The notes under the pieces were generated by a model. That model made no database searches and had not been told where the DNA came from. It was given only the letters and a program-made list of their open reading frames with translations. This document shows, piece after piece, positions 38,762-45,851 of a stretch of DNA of 64,000 bases; positions within the stretch are counted from its first letter, which is position 1, and each line of letters begins with the position of its first letter. Made by a program: the position numbers and the translations under genes. The DNA lies in assembly GCA_031551645.1 (NCBI GenBank), contig JAVBNI010000084.1, forward strand, positions 917 through 64,916. Reading direction: 5' to 3'. Source of the DNA: Bacteroidales bacterium. GTDB taxonomy: Bacteria > Bacteroidota > Bacteroidia > Bacteroidales > UBA4181.

Positions 38762-40834
38762 TTACTTATTTTTAGAAAAGCGACCAAGAATTTCTTCAAC
38801 AATATCTTTTTCCACATCATTTAAGATTAATTGAGGAACAATCCCGGAAACCTTCATAAAACTATCTAAAGCTGTTTGGTCCGCTTTGGTCCATTCCCTA
38901 TTTGCATCGCAAATCAAAAATGCAATATTGAATTGTTTGATTAAAGCGACAGGATAATCATTCAAAATCAATGAAGGTAATTCTAAAATGAGAATATCCG
39001 TATTGTTAAGTCGCTCAACAGGGACTAGATCCTCTGTGCGTGACTGGTAGAAAGCATTGTCTACTTTGTAACTTACGACAGACCAACTGCCTGAATCAAG
39101 GTAAGGAACAACAATCAAACACTTTTTCCCTTTCTGGATCAAACGCTCACAAAGCAAGTTGCTAATAGTTGTTTTACCTTCTGATGGGCGAGTACTAATA
39201 ATCAAAACACGTTGTTGGTGATGTTGATTATCCGTCAAATACAAATTTTTTAAAATAGTGTCGCAGAGGCCATTATTCACTTGTTCAGCATTATTATACG
39301 ATTGTAGGCGTTTAACATTAGGATATATTCCACCTATTCTCAACCCTGTTGCCTGCTCTGCCCGTTGTGGTGTTTTTATATTTTTATCAAAATATACCAT
39401 TAGAAAAATAACGGTAATAGGTACCATACCACCAATGACGCCACCTAACATTACCATAAATTTTCTTTTACTAGGAGTTGCAACCAATGGATAATTGGGT
39501 TTATCAATTATTTGTATCGCTGAAAGAGATTGTTGATCTTGTTGACGCATTTTACTTTGACTCAAATTCTGATATGTTGTTAAATATGCTTTTTCATTTA
39601 AATCTATTTCACGTTGAATCCGCTTCAAGGTATCTCCCAATGGAACGTATGCAGTATATTGACCGAGCGTTTCTGTTCTACGATTCTCTAGTGCTTTCAA
39701 ACGAGCTTTACTTTCTTCATAAATTACTATTCTATTAAAATATTCAGATGTGATTATATTGTTCGAGACCCCTGCAGACGGACTAACAGAATTCGCCTCT
39801 AAATCTTTTTTTAACTCTTCGCTTACCTGATTGATTTGTAACTGTAGATTGGCAATCTGTTCCGATGAAACATTATTCATTTCGGCTATGGTTAATTGGC
39901 TGGTTAATTGCCCTATTCGTTGCCTCTTTTCCATAATATCCTTATTTTTAAAACTTTGCGCCTGCGATCCACCAAGTTGACTTTCAATATTTTGTATACC
40001 GGCCTCCGTAGCCAGAATGGTTTCCCGCTCCCTATTAATCTGATTTAGAATAGCCTCTCGTTGTGCAATAATATTACCTGTTTGTATATCATAATTTACC
40101 AAATTATTTGCCTTTTTAAATTGTAAATATTTTTCTTCTGATAATTTTAACTGCTCTTTAGTTATCTTTAATTGTTCCTCAAAATATTCCACTAACTTAT
40201 CTGTTTGGCTTTCATTTAGCTTTCTGAAATTTTTTATACAAACATCAACAATTATTTCCAATGTTTTCTGACAAACACCTTGATCGTCACATGTATAAGA
40301 TAATGCAACTATATCGCTATTCATTACACGTTTTACCGTTATCCTTGATAAAGCTGAAATACTGTAATAACGTGCCGTGTAATTAACTTGGGAAACAAGA
40401 AATGGGTTAGTGTCTGATGCTGCTACAAGATTCTGATAGGTTTCTTCCTCAGTTGACCCAATAAGATTTTGGACACTATTTGGAACTTGCGAACGGACAA
40501 TTTCTAAATGTTCCGCAGAAATAATTTTAGGATCAGCGTTTTTAAGTACCATGTGCGATGCCATCAATCGTAACCCCACTTCCTTTAATGTCTCCCTACT
40601 TTTTACAATATTTAATAAATTGTCAAACGCATATCGGGCTGTCTTATCCGGGCCATATTGTGTTGCTGTTTCTGAAGAATATATTCCGGTATAGATAGAA
40701 GAAGTTGATTGGTATTCCTTAGGCATATTTTTTGTAAAAAGAACCACCATTAACGCTGTAAATATGACACATGCAATAATGATCCAACAACGCTTCAATA
40801 ATAATCTAATTAATTTTAAAAAATCGATATTCAT
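38762..40834 (-). CDS. Polysaccharide co-polymerase (Wzz/GumC-like) with a degenerate C-terminal P-loop (BY-kinase-like) domain
   Basis: It has an N-terminal TM, a long coiled-coil periplasmic region, a second TM (FMVMLGGVIGGMVPITVIFLMVYF) and a C-terminal Walker A (ISTRPSEGKTT). The Walker A' and B motifs are degenerate and there is no Tyr-rich tail. Confidence 0.75.
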   Translation of the reverse strand: MNIDFLKLIRLLLKRCWIIIACVIFTALMVVLFTKNMPKEYQSTSSIYTGIYSSETATQYGPDKTARYAFDNLLNIVKSRETLKEVGLRLMASHMVLKNADPKIISAEHLEIVRSQVPNSVQNLIGSTEEETYQNLVAASDTNPFLVSQVNYTARYYSISALSRITVKRVMNSDIVALSYTCDDQGVCQKTLEIIVDVCIKNFRKLNESQTDKLVEYFEEQLKITKEQLKLSEEKYLQFKKANNLVNYDIQTGNIIAQREAILNQINRERETILATEAGIQNIESQLGGSQAQSFKNKDIMEKRQRIGQLTSQLTIAEMNNVSSEQIANLQLQINQVSEELKKDLEANSVSPSAGVSNNIITSEYFNRIVIYEESKARLKALENRRTETLGQYTAYVPLGDTLKRIQREIDLNEKAYLTTYQNLSQSKMRQQDQQSLSAIQIIDKPNYPLVATPSKRKFMVMLGGVIGGMVPITVIFLMVYFDKNIKTPQRAEQATGLRIGGIYPNVKRLQSYNNAEQVNNGLCDTILKNLYLTDNQHHQQRVLIISTRPSEGKTTISNLLCERLIQKGKKCLIVVPYLDSGSWSVVSYKVDNAFYQSRTEDLVPVERLNNTDILILELPSLILNDYPVALIKQFNIAFLICDANREWTKADQTALDSFMKVSGIVPQLILNDVEKDIVEEILGRFSKNK

Positions 40835-40837
40835 ATC

Positions 40838-41551
40838 TTATTTTATAAGCTTAAAACCAATAATTTCTTCAAACAAAAGAATAGTCTTATTGAATTCATT
40901 TTTTTGTACTTCATAAGCATTTTTTGCCGATAAATATCTTTCATTGGCTTGTGTGAATGCATCTAAAGATGTCCGGTTATCAGCATAATCCTGTTTTGCC
41001 TGTTCGTATGACATGTTAGCTGATACAAACAATTCTAATCTCAAATCCAATGCATTGCGTTTGGATAGTAAATCATAGTACCCTGCAATAACAACCTCTC
41101 TAACTCCTTTTTCAACAGCATCCTTCCTTATTTTAGACTGTTCAATTTCAATTTTTGCTCCTTTCTGATTCAGACCATAATTGAATATACTGGAGATAGG
41201 TAATCTCATAGAAACACCTCCGGTAAACCTAATAGGGTCACTCGTAGTGGGTCCTTCGATCAATACTTCTTCACTAGTAAAATAATAATCTGATCCATAT
41301 CTTGCATTTGCTTGTAAATAAATCCAATGCATCCAATCACGATTAGTTGACTTCAAACTATATTCGCTTAATAATATCGAATTGTCCGCCATCCTCATTG
41401 CTGGCGAATAAATCAAAGCCGAATCGATCAGAGCCTGTAATGGCGGCAACGTCTTAGCAAAATCTTGTGTGTCATTATTAGCTGTTGTTTGGGCATACAA
41501 ATTATTCGAAAACAACAATTGAACAATGAATATGAAGAATATTATTCTCAT
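40838..41551 (-). CDS. Half-size TolC/OEP-like outer-membrane protein
   Basis: It has a signal peptide (MRIIFFIFIVQLLFSNNLYAQ). At 237 aa it has roughly the length and heptad character of a single outer-membrane-efflux-protein repeat, whereas TolC has two. Confidence 0.5.
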   Translation of the reverse strand: MRIIFFIFIVQLLFSNNLYAQTTANNDTQDFAKTLPPLQALIDSALIYSPAMRMADNSILLSEYSLKSTNRDWMHWIYLQANARYGSDYYFTSEEVLIEGPTTSDPIRFTGGVSMRLPISSIFNYGLNQKGAKIEIEQSKIRKDAVEKGVREVVIAGYYDLLSKRNALDLRLELFVSANMSYEQAKQDYADNRTSLDAFTQANERYLSAKNAYEVQKNEFNKTILLFEEIIGFKLIK

Positions 41552-41584
41552 GGTATGGTTAACTCTATATAGGGTTTTTATCTA

Positions 41585-42796
41585 TTATACATCTGATTTC
41601 TGAAACATAGCGGGAACAGTCCGTAGGAGCAACAACATATCTCCCCAGAATGAATTTTTATGCGCATACATGTTATCCAGAATGAATCTTTCTTCTTCCG
41701 ACATGAACCCGCCACGTCCGCGAAGCTCGACCTGCCAGAGGCCGGTGAGACCGGCTGCTGCACGGAACCGTCGCGACCATCGCGATTTGGTGATGGCATG
41801 CGCTTCATATACAGGTAACGGACGATTACCTACAATAGACATATCGCCTTTCAAAACATTGAATAACTGGGGTAATTCGTCGATACTGGTATTACGGATG
41901 AATCTTCCAACTTTGGTGATACGCGGATCATTCTGTATTTTTAGGAATGCCTTTTGAGCATTTTGTCGTTTAATCGCTAAACGTTCACAAATACGTTCGC
42001 CATCGTAATAATATGCCGGTGAACAAAGCTCTCCTTCAAGAAGCTTAGCACATACGGAACAAACTAACTCTACCTCATCATCCTGTGCTGCGTACTGGTT
42101 AAGATGAGCCACTTCCTTCAAACGCCTGTCAGCGTCGGAGTACATCGACCGGAATTTATAAAAATCAAAAGTATTGTAATTGGCACCTACACGCTTTGAT
42201 TTGTATATGGCATTACCTTTGGATTCCAATCGTATGGCTAATGCTGTTAAAAATAAAACCGGCGATAAAAGGATCAAAGCAAATGAAGCAACCGCAATAT
42301 CAAACGCACGTTTAATAAATGGCGTTTTGTATGGCCGCATAAACTCATCATCATGTTCTTTTTCTACATGTTGATGACCAGGACGTTTGTTCTTTAAATA
42401 AGATATTCGATCGTATATACGCTTATCATCTATCGGTTTCTGCAAACAACCATTGATACCTACATTCAACGCTTTTTGTTTTAACCGGTTTGTCGGCTGA
42501 GCAGCAACCAATACAAAAACATGTCCGTTATTTAGCCCTGTTTTTTGCATTTCCTGATACAAGGCAAGGCCATTTAAACCGGGTAAATTTGTTTCACAAA
42601 CAATGGCCTCAATGTCATGCCGACATTCCAAACCTTCAGGTGGACCAAAAGCTTTAAAAACACCATTAGTCATCCATTTGAAAGCCATCAACCCGTTGGG
42701 CTCATGGTGTACTTCAAACAGACTACTATTTCCAAGATTGTCAATGACCATCCGGTCACTGCCTATGTATAATATTTTTACTGGTGTTCGTTCCAT
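41585..42796 (-). CDS. Pseudo-receiver domain fused to a bacterial sugar transferase (initiating phosphoglycosyl transferase, WbaP/PglC type)
   Basis: Residues ~5-135 align to CheY-like receivers, but the phospho-acceptor is Glu (IVCETNLPGLNG) and the T87 equivalent is Ala. The C-terminal half has KRAFDIAVASFALILLSPV, YKFRSM, DPRITKVGRFIR and DELPQLFNVLKGDMSIVGNRPL. Confidence 0.85.
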   Translation of the reverse strand: MERTPVKILYIGSDRMVIDNLGNSSLFEVHHEPNGLMAFKWMTNGVFKAFGPPEGLECRHDIEAIVCETNLPGLNGLALYQEMQKTGLNNGHVFVLVAAQPTNRLKQKALNVGINGCLQKPIDDKRIYDRISYLKNKRPGHQHVEKEHDDEFMRPYKTPFIKRAFDIAVASFALILLSPVLFLTALAIRLESKGNAIYKSKRVGANYNTFDFYKFRSMYSDADRRLKEVAHLNQYAAQDDEVELVCSVCAKLLEGELCSPAYYYDGERICERLAIKRQNAQKAFLKIQNDPRITKVGRFIRNTSIDELPQLFNVLKGDMSIVGNRPLPVYEAHAITKSRWSRRFRAAAGLTGLWQVELRGRGGFMSEEERFILDNMYAHKNSFWGDMLLLLRTVPAMFQKSDV

Positions 42797-42804
42797 TTAT
42801 AAGA

Positions 42805-43212
42805 TCAAATACCTATCCGGCTTAAGAACCGTTCCCTGACTTCAAGACGACGTTTAATACGGGCGATCACTTCACTCGGATTAAACGGCTTGACAACATA
42901 ATCTTCGGCTCCCAACTCGAAACATCTGATTTTGTCTTTACTCCACTCTCTTCCCGAAAGAATCATAATCGGGATATCATCAAAAAAACCGCTACTCTTA
43001 ATCCTTTCCAAAAATTCAAAGCCGTTTAACTCAGGCATTACCAAATCGCAAATGATTAAATCCGGGAAATTACCTGCTTCCAGATAATCAAGCCCCTCCT
43101 GACCATTAGACAAAGAGATAACGTCAAACTCCTGTTTGAGTGTATTTTCAATAATGAATCGTATACTTTTCTCGTCGTCTATTACTAAGATTCTCTTTTT
43201 GGCCATAACCAA
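42805..43212 (-). CDS. Single-domain response regulator (CheY-like receiver)
   Basis: 135 aa with all canonical receiver residues: ILVIDDE, IICDLVMPELNG, IMILSG, VVKPF. Confidence 0.9.
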   Translation of the reverse strand: MVMAKKRILVIDDEKSIRFIIENTLKQEFDVISLSNGQEGLDYLEAGNFPDLIICDLVMPELNGFEFLERIKSSGFFDDIPIMILSGREWSKDKIRCFELGAEDYVVKPFNPSEVIARIKRRLEVRERFLSRIGI

Positions 43213-43242
43213 ATCATTCTTTAAAATGAAGTCTATCCATTA

Positions 43243-43250
43243 CAAATTTA
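43243..43250 (-). promoter_or_regulatory. Candidate -7 box (TAAATTTG) for the polysaccharide locus
   Basis: Plus-strand caaattta equals minus-strand TAaaTTTG, 31 nt upstream of the receiver-gene ATG. A second match lies at 43408-43415. No good -33 TTTG was found. Confidence 0.3.
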
Positions 43251-43583
43251 ATGCCTCAATCTTTTATACGAAGAAGGCTCTAAAAGGTTCTATATTTAGA
43301 TTGATTTTTTCCAACTTTGACCAACATTGCTTTTTCTTTGACGTACGTACTCAGATCGTACTTAAAACAACGATATTCTAAATTTTGTGCAATTAAAAAA
43401 TAATTGTCAAAATTATATATTTCCTTGATATTAATTTTATAATTTGCTATGATGAGACGATTTTATCGATCTTTTTCCTAAATTTGTTCCATCTGTTTCA
43501 AATATAATAGATAGAAGTTATTGTCTGGCGGATTTGCCCAGATGGTATTTTAATTTATTGAAAATTAGCTTAATATATTAAAT

Positions 43584-44570
43584 ATGAAAATTCTTGTGAC
43601 GGGAGCCAACGGATTTATCGGTAGTTTCATTATATCCGAAGGTCTCAAACGTGGTTATGATGTATATGCAGGTATCCGTAGTACCAGTAGCAGGAAATAC
43701 CTGCCGGAAGGGATTCGGACAGTTGAACTGAGTCTTGATAATAAAGAACAACTAAAATATGAATTAGCCACGCTCGGTCGATTCGATTACGTAATCCACA
43801 ATGCAGGAGTCACCAAATGCAACAATAAAACGGACTTTGAGAGGGTAAATTATGGTTATACCCGCAACTTTGTGGAAGCATTGACAGAAAGCAACACGGT
43901 TCCGTCAAAGTTTCTGTTTGTAAGCAGTATGGCAGCTTACGGACCGGGCGATCCCAAAACTCTGAAACCAGTCCGATTGAGCGACATTCCTAAACCTGAT
44001 ACTCTTTATGGGATCAGTAAGCTCAATGCTGAGAAATTTATCGAATCGCAGGTGGGGTTTCCATATCTGTTCTTAAGGCCAACGGGCGTCTATGGTCCCC
44101 GCGAAAAGGATTACTTTGTATTCCTGAAAACCGTTAATAATCATTTGGAACCGGCCATGGGAACAAAAAAACAACATCTTACGTTTATATATGTGACTGA
44201 TTTGGTCAATGCTATGTTCCTTGCACTCGAGTCGGAATATGTCCGGAAAGCGTGGTTTGTCTCTGACGGGAAGGAGTATGATAATCGCGAGTATGCGGCA
44301 ATCGTAAAAAAACACTTGAACCGTAAAGCATTGTATCTACCGGTTCCTTTGTTCTTAGTAAAAGGTATTTCATATACTTTGGACACAGTCGGCGGATGGT
44401 TTGGCATGTCACCAACACTCAACAAGGACAAATATAAAATCATGCGGGCGACTAATTGGAAATGCGAAGTAGAACCATTACAAAGGGAACTCGGCTTTGA
44501 GGCCGAATATGATCTTGACAAGGGTATCGAAGCCTGCGTAGAATGGTATAAAAAGGAAAAATGGTTATAA
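43584..44570 (+). CDS. NAD-dependent epimerase/dehydratase (extended SDR)
   Basis: MKILVTGANGFIGSF (Rossmann GxxGxxG) and the catalytic YGISK (YxxxK). Confidence 0.88.
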   Translation: MKILVTGANGFIGSFIISEGLKRGYDVYAGIRSTSSRKYLPEGIRTVELSLDNKEQLKYELATLGRFDYVIHNAGVTKCNNKTDFERVNYGYTRNFVEALTESNTVPSKFLFVSSMAAYGPGDPKTLKPVRLSDIPKPDTLYGISKLNAEKFIESQVGFPYLFLRPTGVYGPREKDYFVFLKTVNNHLEPAMGTKKQHLTFIYVTDLVNAMFLALESEYVRKAWFVSDGKEYDNREYAAIVKKHLNRKALYLPVPLFLVKGISYTLDTVGGWFGMSPTLNKDKYKIMRATNWKCEVEPLQRELGFEAEYDLDKGIEACVEWYKKEKWL

Positions 44571-44574
44571 AAAA

Positions 44575-44624
44575 CCCCATCAGCGGCCAAACTAATGGGG
44601 TCTTAGGGAACATGGGTCTTCCCT
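44575..44624 (+). terminator. Tandem hairpins after the epimerase gene
   Basis: Stem ccccat/atgggg (44575-80 / 44595-600) is followed by tctt. A second stem is agggaa/ttccct (44605-10 / 44619-24). Confidence 0.35.
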
Positions 44625-44806
44625 TGAAAAAAGTAAAGTATGAAAGTGTAAAAAAAATTTGCATTGTTCTTACAAGACAAATGTAAATCAATAAAGTGTA
44701 TAAAAAGTTAATTTTTGACGAATGCATATCCTTTGTTGACCAACGTAAAAAAACAGGTGATTTCTCTCTATAAAAGCATGTAAAGAATAACAATTATTCT
44801 GGGAGC

Positions 44807-45697
44807 ATGGCTGAAAATAAATATATCACAGACGCAATTATTCGCAATAAAATAATTGAATATCAGAAAGATGAGATGATGGGTTATCTCGTCTACAGTA
44901 AACTCTCAGGTTATGAAAAAAATCCGGTCAACAAAAAAACATTGGAAAATATTGCAAATGAAGAATATGATCATTTCAGAATATTGTCCTCGTATACCGG
45001 AACCGTACCTAATGCTCCACGAGCTAAAGTATGGTTTTACATTTTAGTTGCCCGAATATTTGGATTAACTTTTGGTATCAAGCTTTTAGAACTCAAGGAA
45101 GAAGAGTCAATTACAATATATAAGAGCTACGATGCTGCAATATATCCTGAAATGGCAGATATTGCCGTTCAAGAAGAAGAACACGAAAACAAACTGATCG
45201 CCATGGTCGAGACAAAAAGCCTCGACTTCATAAGTGCTATCGTACTGGGAATGAATGATGCTTTGGTTGAATTAACAGGCTCATTAGCCGGTTTTACACT
45301 GGCGCTTCAAAATTCGGCAATCATCGCTCTGATGGGCAGTATTACCGGAATTGCGGCTGCCATGTCGATGGCTGCATCAGAATATCTTTCGGTAAAGGCC
45401 GAAAAAGGAACCAAAAAGGCTTTAGAGGCTGCTACATACACCGGAATTTCCTACATAATAACAGTTGTCATTTTAATCATTCCATTTCTTTTTATCCGTC
45501 ATTCATTAGTGGCTATGATGATTACGCTGGTAATTGCGGTTCTGATAATTGCCACTTTTAATTTTTATTATTCGGTTGTAAAAGGTGAAAGTTTCAGAAA
45601 ACGATTCGCCGAAATGCTTGTTATCAGTTTTACGGTTGTTATCATTAGCTTTGGCATTGGTTATCTGTTGAAAAAATTTACTGCAATTGATGGATAA
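44807..45697 (+). CDS. Ferritin-like domain fused to a VIT1/CCC1-family iron/manganese transporter
   Basis: The N-terminal di-iron-like motifs are EEYDHFRIL and QEEEHENKL. The C-terminal part is a 5-TM VIT1 domain (GMNDALVELTGSLAGF). Confidence 0.75.
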   Translation: MAENKYITDAIIRNKIIEYQKDEMMGYLVYSKLSGYEKNPVNKKTLENIANEEYDHFRILSSYTGTVPNAPRAKVWFYILVARIFGLTFGIKLLELKEEESITIYKSYDAAIYPEMADIAVQEEEHENKLIAMVETKSLDFISAIVLGMNDALVELTGSLAGFTLALQNSAIIALMGSITGIAAAMSMAASEYLSVKAEKGTKKALEAATYTGISYIITVVILIIPFLFIRHSLVAMMITLVIAVLIIATFNFYYSVVKGESFRKRFAEMLVISFTVVIISFGIGYLLKKFTAIDG

Positions 45698-45747
45698 TAG
45701 GACAAGGTCAACAGTTTACCTCAAATTATAAACTATACTTCAACCCT

Positions 45748-45777
45748 TTTGCAAATTCCTAAGGTTGTTTACCTTTG
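45748..45777 (+). promoter_or_regulatory. Candidate Bacteroidetes promoter (TTTG-18 nt-TACCTTTG) for the hyf-like operon
   Basis: TTTG at 45748-51 and TAccTTTG at 45770-77, ~75 nt upstream of the ATG at 45852. The published consensus spacing is 19-21 nt; here it is 18. Confidence 0.45.
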
Positions 45778-45851
45778 CAGTTTCAGGATTTTAGTCATCG
45801 GATTATGAATTTTAAATATCTAACCATTGATATTCAATCATCAACAGTAAA

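Noticed and set aside
41578-41808. 76-aa minus-strand ORF overlapping the 3' end of the phosphoglycosyltransferase gene.
   Set aside because: It lies out of frame inside a gene with strong family motifs (DELPQLFNVLKGDMSIVGNRPL), and its R/S/G-rich translation reflects local high GC.
18109-43212. Possibility that the AT-rich island is a prophage, ICE or defence island.
   Set aside because: No integrase, transposase, capsid/terminase, restriction, toxin-antitoxin or nuclease-type ORFs were recognised. Every sizeable ORF fits polysaccharide biosynthesis or export.
43479-43486. TAAATTTG box upstream of the epimerase gene as its promoter.
   Set aside because: It matches TAnnTTTG, but such octamers occur by chance in this very AT-rich 370-bp divergent spacer and no -33 TTTG sits at the right distance. 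I have not listed it as a feature.
44141-44793. Two minus-strand ORFs (149 aa and 113 aa) opposite the epimerase gene and its downstream spacer.
   Set aside because: They are antisense to a clear SDR gene and extend into terminator hairpins, with no motifs.
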